The notes beneath the pieces were generated by a model. It was not told the DNA's origin, ran no database searches, and saw only the letters and a list, made by a program, of their open reading frames with translations. Position numbers and translations under genes: made by a program. Source: Chara braunii (Eukaryota > Plantae > Charophyceae). Taken from it: a stretch of 64,000 nt of DNA. The DNA is taken from contig BFEA01000025.1 in NCBI GenBank assembly GCA_003427395.1, positions 4,221,488-4,285,487 of the forward strand, in the 5' to 3' direction. Positions 24,331-38,646 of the stretch are shown here, piece by piece (the stretch's first letter is position 1; the number at the start of each line of letters is the position of its first letter).

Positions 24331-26340
24331 TTACCCTGTTGACGAGCCAGAGCCATTGCCTCCAGTTTGCGCAGTCATCGATGAGCAGTACATTCCCCCA
24401 CCAGCGCTTTGGTGGGTGCCGCCGTTACCACCGAGCCCGCTCACGACGCCCGCCACCGCGGCAGCGTTCGCCTGAGCAGCAACTGGTGGCCCTCCAGCTT
24501 CCCCTCCATCCGCCGTCGCGCTTCCACCGCCAGTTGTCTTCTTCCCCCCCATATCCTCAACTTGCGAGGAGCCGTCTTCGTCCTGTTTCTCTCTTTCTTC
24601 ATCGCCCTCGCCGATCAGAAGCTGCTGCTGCCTCTCCTGTGAGGTCGAAGAATGCATCTCACCCGCCTCATTCCTTCCATCTCCTGACTGGTTCGCCAAC
24701 GGGCTTGTTCCGCCTGTATAGGACACCGGTGCAACCGGCAGATCGACGAGAGAGGATGCCGAGGGACTATAGTCAAGACCTACCGGGTGGTCGAATTTAC
24801 AGGTATGGCCGAATTTGCAAACCCCATAACGCGTGTAGAAGCTGCATTGAGGCTGGCCGGGACGAAGCGGAAGACCCATACTGCTCAGAGCACACTGGGC
24901 AGCGGGCACGCCCCTGTCCTTGGGGTGATGATAGCGACATGACATTCCGTACTTGCAATCTCCGGTCCTCATGTAGAAGGTGCATTCTGGCTGGCCCGGG
25001 CGCTCGGGAAACTCCCTAGTCTGTTGCAGATAGACCATCCCGCCGACTCCTGCTGTGCCTCCCTGCCCCGCTGCCGCTGTGGGCCCGCCAGCCTGAGCGG
25101 CCATACCCATCGGCCCGCACGGTACCGATGGCATGAAATGCGTTCCATGTCCAGCGAAGTAAGGCGGAACAGCCGTCGCCATCCCGCCACCACTCCCTCC
25201 AGCTGCGTTTTGTTCACTCAATGGACCGGCGGCGGAACCTGGGCCTCCTGGCGTGGTGTAGTAATACGGAGGACCTGGAACGCTATGCTGCTGCGACGGA
25301 TTGGCATTCGCGTGCTGCGGCGGTCGCGGGCCTTGCTGATGCGGCGGATGCTGCGAAAACACGTGCGGAGGTGAAGACGAGGGAGCCGCGGCAACGCCCG
25401 AGCTCCCATGCGCGCAACCATGAGGGGGAAGATACTGTACTTGCTGGTGCGGAAAGACTGGGAACCTGGCTGTTGTCAGCGACCTCACCTGCCAGGGCTG
25501 CAAGGATCCCATTTGGAACGGCAAGTGGGGAGGGCTCGGGTTCACAAGCGGGTGCGGGAGAGGTCCCGCACGAGGTTGCATCAGACCAGCGCCGTTCGTC
25601 GGCGGTAGTTGCGGATGATGAAAGCGGCACGTCACGCCAAACCTGCACACGCGATTCCGCATATAATACGCGCACTCCTTCTCGCCCGGTCTCAAAGGAT
25701 AACCCAGAGAATTAAGCGGAGGGCGCGGCGGTTGGTAAGCGTTGGGGTTTGAACCAAGCTTGAGGCATGGATGGTGATACTTGCAAGTGGCGCCGAACTT
25801 GCACGTACCCGTCTTCATGTAGTACTGACATTCCGGCTGGCCGGGGCGTTCTGGATACTCGAGCTTGCCTTTCGTGGAGAAGGACTGATACCCCGCGGCA
25901 GACGCCCGACCATTGGGTGGATGGTTGAACTTACATTGCTGCCCAAACCCACAAGTGCCTGTCCGCAGGTAAAAAGGGCAGTCCTGAACGCCCGGGCGCT
26001 CCGGGTAAATTGCTAACGAAGGAAAGGGAGGATGGGGAGGGGGAGGCGGAGGAGGCGGAGGCGCCACCACCCTCCCTCCTTCCATCCCGCCTGGCTCCTG
26101 TTGAAGGACAGGTTCGGAGTTCCACCCGCCTTCCTCAAATCCGAGAGCCGACGTCCTTTGACTGTTGTTTGATGCTGCTGCTGCTGTGGCGATGGCCTGC
26201 CTTGAGCCCCATTCGCTGCGGGTGGGCAACAGGGATCCCGTCTGCCCTTCCGAACCGACCAGGTATCCCGTTCCGTGACAACTCCTTGCTGCCAAAGCCG
26301 GCTGCGAAGATTGTCCCAAGGATGATAGATAATATTCCAT
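24331..26340 (-). CDS. CCCH (C-x8-C-x5-C-x3-H) zinc-finger RNA-binding protein, five fingers in a 3+2 arrangement (plant ZFN/HUA1-like family)
   Basis: Fingers [80 protein letters not shown] and [20 protein letters not shown], with YPERPG/LPLRPG leaders. First ATG is at 26340 (the track start at 26469 is GTG), giving 669 aa if unspliced. Confidence 0.95.
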   Translation of the reverse strand: MEYYLSSLGQSSQPALAARSCHGTGYLVGSEGQTGSLLPTRSEWGSRQAIATAAAASNNSQRTSALGFEEGGWNSEPVLQQEPGGMEGGRVVAPPPPPPPPPHPPFPSLAIYPERPGVQDCPFYLRTGTCGFGQQCKFNHPPNGRASAAGYQSFSTKGKLEYPERPGQPECQYYMKTGTCKFGATCKYHHPCLKLGSNPNAYQPPRPPLNSLGYPLRPGEKECAYYMRNRVCRFGVTCRFHHPQLPPTNGAGLMQPRAGPLPHPLVNPSPPHLPFQMGSLQPWQVRSLTTARFPVFPHQQVQYLPPHGCAHGSSGVAAAPSSSPPHVFSQHPPHQQGPRPPQHANANPSQQHSVPGPPYYYTTPGGPGSAAGPLSEQNAAGGSGGGMATAVPPYFAGHGTHFMPSVPCGPMGMAAQAGGPTAAAGQGGTAGVGGMVYLQQTREFPERPGQPECTFYMRTGDCKYGMSCRYHHPKDRGVPAAQCALSSMGLPLRPGQPQCSFYTRYGVCKFGHTCKFDHPVGLDYSPSASSLVDLPVAPVSYTGGTSPLANQSGDGRNEAGEMHSSTSQERQQQLLIGEGDEEREKQDEDGSSQVEDMGGKKTTGGGSATADGGEAGGPPVAAQANAAAVAGVVSGLGGNGGTHQSAGGGMYCSSMTAQTGGNGSGSSTG

Positions 26341-26937
26341 GGACGGGGTTGTGAACCCCTCTCTACTTCTGCTTCTCTGCCGAACTCGTCCTTCTTCTTG
26401 TGGGAAACGGGCCGAGGGAAATATCGCCTCCTTGCCCCGACTCCTCGTGTCCCAAACCAGCCCCCTCACCCCCTACAGCACCCAAACCTCAACACTACCA
26501 CCACCTCTTTCTCCTCCTGTACGCCGCTCGCAATCGGAACGGCTGCTGCCGCTGAGGCTCGAGAGCTCTCACTACGCAGCACTCAGAACGCACGCGCGGA
26601 CTGACAGACCGCGCGCCGTCGTCGCCTTCGCTAGGAAACACGCGCTCATTCACTCAAAACTTAGTGCGGAAAACCAGTCCCCGATGTTACTGCGTGCAAA
26701 AGAACAAACGAAGATCGAGCCAAAGTCACAATGACCAGGTGATGGACGGGGAGAGCACAAATTTGATTCGTAAATACCGAGACCCCCAAAGAAAGATAGG
26801 TCTCCACGGGCGTGCGGTGTAGGGAACAATGCGAAGAGGGGGCCTATTTTTCAACAGAGAGCAAACCACAGAACGTGGAAAAGGCGCGCGAGAGTGACCG
26901 CGGGGAGAGAAGACACACGAATGGCACACGTGTGAAG

Positions 26938-27050
26938 CCAGACACAGAAAGAGAGTGTTAGCAGCGCGTTCTCTGCCTTACTAATCAATCCTACCAGACA
27001 CAGAAAGAGAGTGTTAGCAGCGCGTTCTCTGCCTTACAAATCAATCCTAC
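26938..27050. repeat. 56-bp tandem duplication upstream of the CCCH CDS
   Basis: CCAGACACAGAAAGAGAGTGTTAGCAGCGCGTTCTCTGCCTTAC(T/A)AATCAATCCTA occurs twice. Confidence 0.9.
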
Positions 27051-30000
27051 GGATGGCAGGAATTACAAGAAGAGAAGGACAAGCTCAGGCCGACAAGCAA
27101 AACCGAGCGATAACAGCAAACAAGATAGCAGATCGGCACGGCTTGGCATAGTAATAAGGATATGCCGCGGCCATCCTCCGGCTTGGAGGAAGAGCAGCTA
27201 GTACAAGAGAACTACACCTGCGTCGCAGAGCACCTGCGATATCTGACGAAGGACCCCAGGGCGTTGCTTATCCAATCTCGCTTGACACGATATCCCCCTA
27301 CCGCGCACGCGCAGCCCCCTTCCCCCCCCCCCCCTTTCCCCCCCCCCCCCTTCCCCCCCCCCCCTCCTCTCCCGCCCCAGGCCTATTCTCCTTCAATTCA
27401 CTAACGATGGTTGCCGCGCGGATTCTCATTCAGGCTCCCCACCCTTCTTCCTCTTGACATGGCTGCGCCCGTCGAGACTCATTCTGATCCTAGAGCGCTT
27501 CCCTTCCTCTCCCTTCCTCCTCTTCTTCTTCTTCCTCCTCCTCGTCTTCTGTTTCGTGCTCCTCGCCGTCGTCGTCTTCGCCACCACCACTCGGCCAATC
27601 CACTGGGCCTGGAAGGGAGGAAGAGAGTGGAAACGAGAGTGGAGATCGGGTGCGAGGAAAAGCAGGGCACCCAGCACCACCCTCTCCCCCCCCTCCACTT
27701 CTCGCCAAGCCAGCCGCGTGCTGGGTGTGAGCGTACTCCGCACTCCTTACTCCGCAGTCTGTGCTAGAGTGTCCGCGACGGCGAGAGAGAATACCGCCTG
27801 CAAGGCGGGAAGAGATCCGGAGAGGCGAAGGCAGCAGAGAGAAAGGGGGAAGGAGGGAGTCCCGGCATACGAATACCGCGAAAACCGAAAGCGCCGCGGC
27901 CGCCGGCCGTCCTATGAATGAAGGGTACAGGCCATCAAACGAAAAGACATGCGGCCACGTCAGCGAGCACAGAGAAGGACGCCAAGCTCTCCTGGCCTCC
28001 TGTCTTCATACAACCCCGACTAGTCCTGCTCCTCTTGATATGGCTGACGTGGTTCTACAGCCCGACCGTGCACGACAAAGACTCGTCCCTCTGCGCGCGA
28101 AACTCTCCCCTCTCGACACCACACCACACCACGCCACGCGACGGGACGGGACACGACGCGTCGCGACTCACGACCCTTCTGACAACTTTTCTGCAGCGGC
28201 TCAGATCCTGCTCTGCAGCCTGCAGGCTCGCCGCTCTGAGAAACAATGAGTCCCTGTGAACCCTGAGGGCCCTGGACGATGCCCGACTCTGCCACTCCAG
28301 CAGTCGCTCTTGCACTTGCACACACAGCAATCTGGAGCGTCGGTCCCTCGCCCACCCACCACTTCGCCCTCTCCACTCCACCACTCCAACGCGCTGCGAT
28401 TCACTACTCTTGGCGGGGTTCGAGCTGTCCACGTTCTCGTCGTAAGCGCAAACAGTGTGTATGCGTACGACTCGCCAGCCTGCACTACCCACCAGTATAG
28501 GCCAGCGTGCCATCTACCCTCTGCAGGCTTCGCAGCAGCAGCAGCACCCCTCACAATCACAACAGCCACCGCGCCTTCGCGTTTCCGGCCTCCGGTAAAC
28601 GGACGTCTCTGAAGCCTGAGGCCATGCATGCAAGTGTTCGCGCGAGGTTTCCTTTTAATTAATTAATTAACTGCCACCACTCTCCCGCCCGAACAGCGTC
28701 CCATTCGGGCTGGAAACCGCGCGCGAGCCAGGAGCGTACGAAACGTCCAAAAGGGTGCCAGATCCTGCGGACCTGCGCTTCGGCGCCGTCTGGAAACGCG
28801 CACAGGAGGGGACGCAGAGAGGACAGAGGGGGCTGCCGCGCCTGCCCGTCACGCCCGTCCCTTGTACTGGGAATGTGGCTGCTAGGGGGGAGGGTAAGCA
28901 AAAGTCGGTGGCTCGATCCCGTAAGGGCGCGCCATTCGCGCGTGGCGATGGAAACGAATGCCGTTCTGCCGGCAGGGTTTTCATTTCATCGCGCGCGGTG
29001 CAGTGCACCTCCCGCTCACCTGCTACCGCGGGTGGTGCCAATGGCCTCGCGAAACGGCAGCTGTCATCTTCTTGCAACCACCCAAGCCGTGAAACGTGGG
29101 AGGAAGGACACAGCTGGCGGGACGGTCGGTCGGATGCGACCAAACATCAAGCATGCGACCGACCGACCGCTTCGGCTTCACCAGGAGCCGCATTCGATTT
29201 TAGCTCTTGGGGGTGGAGGGGGCGGTGTCATTATCGGGGACGGAGGGAAGCAGGTAGGTCGCGTGTTCGAAGCGACCAGGTGAACGACAAGAACGTGGAT
29301 CGAACCCAGGGAAAGCGGTTTCCCGGGTAAGTACTGGGCCGAACCCCGAAAATGGCGGGTGAAAGCAAGCAAACAGGCGGCTGCCTTGAGGCAGGAACGC
29401 TGGACATCGCTGGACATGGTGGTCGACTGAGAGCCAGGCAGGCACTGATTTATTGACCGAGATGGCACCGCAAAGTAGGCCAAAGGCCAACGCGTGGGCC
29501 AACTCGGGGACGCCAGAGCCGGGAGGAAGACCGGCGGGAGCAGAATAGTGGCAAACCCAGGGACCCAGGTGTGGCACCAATATGTTCCCGCTGAACTGGT
29601 GGGAAGCAAAGTTTCCCACTGTTCCTGCGGTTTCGATGCGCTGCCAAGAGCTGGCACAACCATCAGCAATCTGGACAAATCGTGTTTCCAGTTGTCCTTT
29701 TGAACTCGATGCATACTCCTGCAGTGATGCTGTGGACAGTCTGAGGGGGCCACCAGTTAAGGCCGGATCCCAATACTTGGCCCATACATGGGGCAGGTAC
29801 GCGGTTGATAAATATCATCAATGGCCACAGTTGCGTTTACTGCCTCCAAAAGTGGCGGTGAGGGGCCCATGGCCAATGTTCGCAGCCCGTACGGGCTGCG
29901 TTTTTTTTATCCGCCTGAGACTTTCAAAGTCGTTGAAATTTCAACGTCAGTGGTCGTTGGGGAAGGTGGGCATTTTGAGGTTTTGGGGCCTTGCAAGGGG

Positions 30001-32020
30001 TGGAACTGCGTAGGACCGGTAGCTGCCCTTGGGAGGCCACGGTCCTTCAATTTTGAACATTTCGAAATCGAAACAGCATGGGACCACTTTTCTCGAATAG
30101 CAGAGCACTTCGAATAGAACACTTACACGCTGTATTTGAATACAACATGTACCCTTTCCATTCGGATTTCGAAAAGAAAACACTCTTGTATTCCAATAAC
30201 ATTACCCTTTTTTTTAATGGAGGTCAGCGCCTGCCCTTGTGCTCCCCGCCTCCGGTATGGGGATGAAGGCGGGAAGGAGGGTAACGGGAAAAGTAGAGCG
30301 GAGCGGGACCAAGATTCAGACGAGGAGTAAGGGTGAAGCACGAGAGGAGAGGGGATGGAAAACAGTTACGGGTGAAGGAGAGAAGGGGCGAAGAGGAGGA
30401 GGGTGAAGATGGCATGGGTCCTAGCAGAAAGCGAGAAAAGCTTGCATGCATGGCGCCAGTGCAGAAAAGAAAAAGGCACCGAAACAATTACGTTCCATCC
30501 ATTCTGGTTCTAAAGCTACTTCAAGATTTAAAAATTTGAATGCAATATCAGCGCACGGAATTGAGCGCACAAAAATCCTACGTCTATCCAGCCTCCTATT
30601 GAAAATTCACAAATCTTTCAACGGCGAGTACGGGGACATCCATTTGCAAGAAAGGACACGTCAGTGGGAAGAGCATCCGTAAGTTTCAGAGTTTCCAACT
30701 ACCGAACAAACTTCCTAGCGTGCTCGCTAAGGCGCACGTAATTCTTACATAGATATATGGATTGTCGGAAATAAATTGCAAAGAAATCCACAAGAAACAT
30801 CGTCTTAGACACAAGAGGGACCTGGTTGGCTTATGATTCTATGCACTGAGGAGATAGCAAAAAAAAAGGGGTACCCAAAAAGAGCCCAAGAGAAATCCGA
30901 AGAATCAGAACAACAAAAACTCGGGGCTTCGGAAGATCGTTCGGGTATGGAAGTCGGTACGTCACACAACCCTAAGTACTTGTGCAGAGTTTGAATGGCC
31001 AACAAGGTATTGTAGGAGGGCAAATTTTTAAGGTTGCAAGCTATTACGAACCTATTGTCAATCCCCCACCTACACCGTCAATAGTTCGTCTCCAACGGCC
31101 CGACACTGCCCGTTCGGTAATCTACATGGTTGCCACATTCGTGGCCTGGACCTCTTGGGCCCCTTGATGTTGTGCAGATGGACAGAAGGTTGTTGCTTGT
31201 CAACGTCGTCCGGCCCCGCACAAATGTCGTCCAATGTCCACAAGGCCGCTCTACCAACCAGACGGACAGAGCCAAATTCCTATGGCCAATAAAACCCGCA
31301 ATTAGGATTGGGAAAGTTCGCAGCCCTAAGGCTGCAGTGTATTAGGCTTCGGCGTCTACGTCAAGGTGTCGCATTTTTGGCGGCAGGCGACCAGGAAGCA
31401 AAGTGGGTTCTTAGGGGGCAAAAGAACTTGGGGGACCGGTCCTTTGCGGACTACCTACAGTTGTCTCTCGTAAAACCGAGACTTTTGAAAAAGGAAGGAC
31501 CGGTCCTCAGGTGGAAATGGACCCCAAAAAGAAGTGAGGGCATGTGAACTGCAAAAGGGTCATCAGACCCAGCCGTTGAGGCCCGTCTTCTAAAAACAAG
31601 GAGGTGAAGCGCAACGAAACAGGCGTTTTTGCAAGAGGCAAATTTGTAGTTTTCTGTGCTAAAAGAAACCCGCAGAAAAATCTAAAATTTTGAGAATCCA
31701 CAAATGAGGGAACGTTTTTTCCAAGAAGAATATTATAACATTCAAAAAATCATTTAGACTGCGAAATAATCGTCGAACCGATTCGGTACATTTTTCATTT
31801 TTGCCACTCATCTATGTGTACGCCAACCTAAAAAGTACTCCAAATTCAGCGAGTTTTCTCACTCAGAAAAATGCGTGAAGAAACCTAAAAAATGGAGTAC
31901 TCGTAGATTTTGTTGTGATCTTTCCAGGAAACTTGACGCTCAATAAATTAAAAAAATCATTCCAACTGTGAAGTAGATCGTGGCCACAATTTGACCCATA
32001 TTTCAATTTTGCCATCCAGC

Positions 32021-32376
<356 letters not shown>

Positions 32377-33352
32377 TTATCTTTTGTGCGCGCTCTTAGT
32401 CTCATTGCTTTGGCTGCCTTAGGCAGGAACAGAGTGAGCGGATACGCAAGTATGGACCCGGAATGAACGTAGCAACTAGGGAGGAACGAGAGTGAGTAGC
32501 GAGGAAAGAAAGGGAATACGTAGGGGGGAGAGGATAAAATAAACGGAAAAAAAATGGGAAAAACTAAAGGAGATTTGAAAATGGGAAGAGAGGAGAAGGA
32601 GGAGGGATCGGAAAGAGGGAGGAGAGGCGAAAAGGACAAAACACAGTGCTCAATGTTTGGAGTGTACCTAACCCAGAATGTAAAGTAGATACATTCTAGA
32701 ACAAGGAAAAACGTCTAACTTAGGTAGCCAAATAGGGTGGGAAAAAGAAGGAAAAAAACAGAGTAAAGCGTGAGGAAGGAAAAAACTCAACACTTAGAGA
32801 CCGACTAGTTAGTAGAAATATATTTATAACATTATGACAATGTGATGTAGAGTTTGATTGGTAGGGTTGTTTATTAGAATAATATTTAACCCTTAGAAGA
32901 TCACATGATATAAATTAATTATTCCATCACCCACTTGGTGACTGATCAGTCCTTAGGGGTGAATAGTATGGCGAGCATAATATTAGGTCACATACTTGAA
33001 ACATTTGTATATGTTTGAGGTTGTATATGATACAATATGATAGTGAATTAACTTTAGGGGTCGCTGCTTTAAGAACACACTTAGATTTATCTGCCTCTTG
33101 AAGAATGTATGAATAAATTCGATTGCTTAGGCATTGAAAATTGTATCATGTAAGAGGATAAATATGAAACAATCTACTTAAATAACTATCTTTTTTAATA
33201 CTATACTCAGTATAATCAGAGTATGAGAGTGTGTGTTTGAGAGTTATCCGATTCCTCGAAAATTCAGTATTATGTAAAGAGTGGTAAGACTACTTATTCC
33301 CACTATGATGAATGTGTATGAATGAGTATGAATGAATGTATGTAGGAATGAA

Positions 33353-33385
<33 letters not shown>

Positions 33386-33388
<3 letters not shown>

Positions 33389-35022
33389 CGTAACCGGCAT
33401 TCAGAACGGGCCGAACGCCCGAACCCGAACGCCCAAACGTATGGGAACCCTTCTGGATGCGTTCGGTCGTTTGGGCAAAAAAAAAAAAAAAAAAAAAAAG
33501 TCANNNNNNNNNNNNNNNNNNNNNNNNNNNNNNNNNNNNNNNNNNNNNNNNNNNNNNNNNNNNNNNNNNNNNNNNNNNNNNNNNNNNNNNNNNNNNNNNN
33601 NNNNNNNNNNNNNNNNNNNNNNNNNNNNNNNNNNNNNNNNNNNNNNNNNNNNNNNNNNNNNNNNNNNNNNNNNNNNNNNNNNNNNNNNNNNNNNNNNNNN
33701 NNNNNNNNNNNNNNNNNNNNNNNNNNNNNNNNNNNNNNNNNNNNNNNNNNNNNNNNNNNNNNNNNNNNNNNNNNNNNNNNNNNNNNNNNNNNNNNNNNNN
33801 NNNNNNNNNNNNNNNNNNNNNNNNNNNNNNNNNNNNNNNNNNNNNNNNNNNNNNNNNNNNNNNNNNNNNNNNNNNNNNNNNNNNNNNNNNNNNNNNNNNN
33901 NNNNNNNNNNNNNNNNNNNNNNNNNNNNNNNNNNNNNNNNNNNNNNNNNNNNNNNNNNNNNNNNNNNNNNNNNNNNNNNNNNNNNNNNNNNNNNNNNNNN
34001 NNNNNNNNNNNNNNNNNNNNNNNNNNNNNNNNNNNNNNNNNNNNNNNNNNNNNNNNNNNNNNNNNNNNNNNNNNNNNNNNNNNNNNNNNNNNNNNNNNNN
34101 NNNNNNNNNNNNNNNNNNNNNNNNNNNNNNNNNNNNNNNNNNNNNNNNNNNNNNNNNNNNNNNNNNNNNNNNNNNNNNNNNNNNNNNNNNNNNNNNNNNN
34201 NNNNNNNNNNNNNNNNNNNNNNNNNNNNNNNNNNNNNNNNNNNNNNNNNNNNNNNNNNNNNNNNNNNNNNNNNACAGGGTCACCAGCCCGTATGTACGGA
34301 GGTCCCTGGGCAGACCTCCGTACGTACGGGCGTTCGGGGTCCTGAACGGGGTCCGAACCCGACGGCGTTCAGCCCCCGCCAAAAATTATTTCGGGGCCTA
34401 CAAATAATTATTTGTTTTTGAATGTTTTTTGGTGCGTTCTCTATAACGTGAGTTACATGCCTGTAAAATTTCAAGTCATTTGGCTAAGCTAAATAAAAAT
34501 TAAAAATCGCCAAAGATGACGGTGTCAAAACGTGCTCGCCCACGTACTTTTTCACGTTTTACTTTTTGTTTTCACTTTAGTTCGGGGTCTAAACAATTTT
34601 ATTATTTTTTGAAACTTTTTTATTGGGTTTTGTATTATGTGAAGTACACATCTGTAAATTTTCAGGGCATTTAGCTATGCCAAAAATAAGAAATCGCCAA
34701 AGATGGCGGTGTCGAAAATATGCTCGCGCACTCACTAAATTTAATTCTCTTTTTATTTTTATTTATTTCTATTATTAGTTTTTGTTTTCCATTCCTTATT
34801 TTTATTTCAAATTTGTTAAGGAATTCGGATGTAATGCTCAGGAAAATCTTGTTTAATTTATTTTTGTCCATAACATATTTATTTTTCAGATTTTTTTGAT
34901 AACTTTTTTTTTTTTTTTGGGTCTGCGTTCGGCCTGAACGGTCGAACGCATCCCCAAGGGGTCCCATACGTTCGGGCGTTCGGGTTCGGGCGTTCGGCCC
35001 ATCCCGAACGCCGGTTACCCTG
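33386..35022. mobile_element. Non-autonomous TIR element with ~100-bp TIRs, inserted in a (TA)n tract; contains a gap
   Basis: Left end CAGCGTAACCGGCATTCAGAACGGGCCGAACGCCCGAACCCGAACGCCC; right end reverse complement CAGGGTAACCGGCGTTCGGGATGGGCCGAACGCCCGAACCCGAACGCCC. TA repeats on both sides. N-gap 33504-34273. Confidence 0.85.
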
Positions 35023-35869
35023 CATATATATATATATATATTTGTATATTTGTTGATTTTTTTATGAATGTTTGTGTTTATCTGAATATGTTTATGAATT
35101 ATGTTCTTCAAAAAGGATAGGAAGGTTGTATGAAATTCACGTTAAGCATGGGGCTGAGGGTGAATGGAGTGACCCGCCTTTGAAGAGAAAAAATTATCTC
35201 AAGGGAGGTCAGCATGCAGGACCTTTCCTTTGAAAGATTGCAACATTAATTGATATTTTTTTCCAAGCGACTTAAAGAGAGTATAGTAAAGTCTCATAGG
35301 TGGTAGTGAGACTCATGCGGAACAATGTTCTTGATCCACAGTGAGGTGCTGCCACTTTTTATGATAAGGAGAGGTGACTACACTATCATCGAAGGGGAGG
35401 AAGATGTTAGGGACCTTGTTAGGACACCGTCTATAGTGAAGGCGCCTGCTACTCGTCATGAGGTAAGGAGTGGTTACCTAACCTTGTGTCGGGCAGGGCC
35501 ACCTCATCTCCATGGTCAAGGCCTAACCTGCATAGCACGACGAACGTGTTTGTGCCCCTTCACGTTCGCACGAACGTGTTCGTGCGAACAACTCGCGAAT
35601 ATGTTCGGGCTAACATATTTTTCTTTTAAAAAAAAATAAAATAATTTTGTTTTTTTGGTTTTTTATTTTTAACTTATGATTGGCTATGAATTTGAACATG
35701 ACTCCGAGACAAAAGTTTCTTGTATTGTTATTTTACATAGCATATATTTTATTCAGATTTTTTTGATTTTTTTTAAAAATATTTTTTTATGTTCGTGTTC
35801 GGAGGGCTTTGGACACTTGTTCGCGTTTGGGGAAATATATTCACGTTCGCTCAAGCGGTTATCGGGTAG

Positions 35870-36280
35870 CTGAAAATTCAGGAATGAAAATTTTGAAGTG
35901 AGAGTTTTTGACATTCTGAAAATCCTGAACGGTCCTGAAGCGGTGAAATGTCCGAAGACCCTGAAAACCACATGTTTAGGCAGGTTGCATTCTGAAGTGG
36001 TGAAGGGTGTTCTCAAGTGGTGAAGTGAGAGTTTTGGGCAGTCTGAAAATCCTGAATGGTCCTGAAGTGGTGAAAGGTCCGAAGAACATGAAAACCACCC
36101 TTCACCACTTGAGGATGCAGCCTGCCTAAACAGGTGTTTTCAGGGTCTTCGGAACTTTCACCACTTCAAAATTTTCAGGCATGAATGGTGTTGAAGTGGT
36201 GAAAGGTTCGAAGACCCTGAAAACCACCTGTTTAGGCAGGCTGCATCCTCAAGTGGTGAAGGGTGTCCTGAAGTGCTGAT
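35870..36280. repeat. Complex repeat with internal inversion (~74-bp-arm palindrome)
   Basis: TGAAGTGGTGAA-based units; 36096-36169 is the reverse complement of 36191-36265. Confidence 0.8.
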
Positions 36281-38646
36281 GAAAAATACAACTGTTGTTA
36301 ACATTCTCTCCGTGTTCGCCTCCAAATCCGAACACGGTGCTATGTAGGGCCTAACCAACCTAAAGCACGTGAGATGGGGTCGTTCAACTCTGTTGACATA
36401 AAACTGATAAGACCTCATCATTGGAATCGGAGGGAGATGTGGTGAACCTCAATCTTAGAGCGAAACTTATGATCTGAGATGTTATCTCTTTGACAAGATT
36501 ACACCACCCCTTGACATAATATGCCTCTGTTAAGCAAAAATGAGTAATAAATGTTATGTTATCATTATTGTTAGGTGTCTGTTTGGAATGATATGATTGG
36601 ATGTTTTCAATTTGTCATTTATTTCCCTCACAATTTTGACGACTCTCTGAAATAGTATTTACTTATTCAAGTTATACTATTTTTTTATGGCAGAAGAATG
36701 TCATTTACATTTGTATTGTCGAAGTTTCGTGAAAACAGGAGGAAAAACACTGCGTACAGTTAAAGTTTTTTTTGATTTGTTTCCTCATCGTTGGATTTGA
36801 TTTAATTGGCATAATATGATTTTGATCTTTGATGACTATCTCTGAGAAGTTGTAATCCTTCTTGAGTACGATCTGAGTAATACTCGGACATGAGTATTAT
36901 ACATATATTTGTATTATACATGATTGAATCAGTTTTTTATCTAAGACCAATTCCCCAAAAGGGAGTTTGACGGTGACCTTAAAAATTGAGTCTTATGTTG
37001 AATCATGGAATTATTAATATTTGACAGACATCAAGGATGTGTCCTGTTTGAAAAGACATATGATATGTGTCATATTTTGAAATACATTTAAGTTGCGTTT
37101 ATTTTGCAAAAGACGTTGTTCACCATCCTAATTAGGTTAGTTTTAGATAAAATTAGAAGATCCTGAAATGAGATCGCTCGAGATTGTTGATGTTATGAAA
37201 GATATTGTTTTTGCATCAATGGTATTGTGGAAGCCGAAAATTTTATATTTATTTTGGGTTTTCGGCTTGTTTTACTTATTTTGAGAGATCCTCGATGTGT
37301 GTGTTTGATCGAGATGTGATCGAGACGGGAAGACACGACTACTGAGTGGCAACCTGACGATGCCCCTTGTTCATCTACTACTTGAAAAAATTGTTCTTGT
37401 TGATGATTTTATGAATTGTTTTTGACATACATTGGAATGCACATCGTTCATCCAATACATGGCAACTTGACGATGGGGAAAAAAAAATTCTATGAACTTT
37501 TTTGGTGTATATTGAAATGAACATCGTTCATCCACTCTAGGAGGTCAGTTTGAGGGACTAACATTACCAAGTTTGAGGTGGAAAATTAGCATCGTTGGCA
37601 CGTAACTCCCAGCGTGGGCTGCTGACCAAGTATAAACAGACAACAAACCTTCTGGCTTTGGCCTAGAGTTGAAACCTGAAGGGCAATCATCCTCTGGAGG
37701 GAATCAACTCAGGTGGTTACCAGAGGGGTTGAGACAGGTCTAGAAGCTGGGTAAAACTTAGGATAGGAGGATTTACCCGTTATTGCGTAACCAATACGGA
37801 AACCACCGTTAATATAACAATACGGTGGGTCCCAAATCTGACCTGATCAATCAGACTGTGGTGGGTTTAGACCACGACCGTCGATCCCCTCACATTGGAC
37901 TTAGGGCGGGACCGTAATTTGGTTTAGGTTGAGACCCGCGTCCAAAGGGGCAGATTCTATGACTCCTCGGACAACCAACGAGGATTTGGGAAGAAAGTCT
38001 AAGAATATGAGAAACATGGTTGTTGTCTCTCTTGGTAACTTTCACCGTTGTAGTACATATCTAGTATCCCCACCATTTGTTCATTGAGTTTGGGTTGGGA
38101 GTTTCAGTATGTGGGAGACCCGGGTTGGAATCTTAACAATGGTAGAAAATATATAAAGGGAGGCAATGAGAATCTTGACTGCATCTAAATCCAATGACTC
38201 GGATTTGACTATCCACTTATCAAAGATGCGTCTTATTTTGGGAAATGAATTCGCCTTCTCTTTCAAAAAGGGAAGAAGGGTATATGTATTGTTTTGTATT
38301 GTATCATTTGTCCAATGTTGTTATCGATCATATCATATTTTATCAGTTGATTTGATATCGGGAAACGATCTAAGTGGAATTTGTATAAACGATCGTGACA
38401 AACATCCCTAGCGACCGGGGCGTCACTTAATAGGGTTTGGGAATAATGTTGAACGATATACCCTTACAAGAGTTTTGACCATGTTTTTACGATCGACACA
38501 CCGATTGAACTGACCACCAGTTTGAACTTAAAAGTGTACGCGTTTTTCGCGCGACACTTTAAAACGATTCTTCAACCATTGAGGCCGGGAAAAATCGGTG
38601 AGAAAATTTCGTTAAGTATGCACGCGCGTTATTGAGACTCGCACTC

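Noticed and set aside
24339-25715. Plus-strand ORFs overlapping the CCCH gene, and GC-rich ORFs at 27-30 kb
   Set aside because: Shadow ORFs of GC-rich sequence with no domains; 26.3-29 kb reads more like 5'UTR, intron and promoter.
33336-34421. Long ORFs spanning N-gaps (also at 51.1-52.0, 53.4-54.0, 56.7-57.6 and 59.1-60.1 kb)
   Set aside because: Artefacts of translating Ns and microsatellites.
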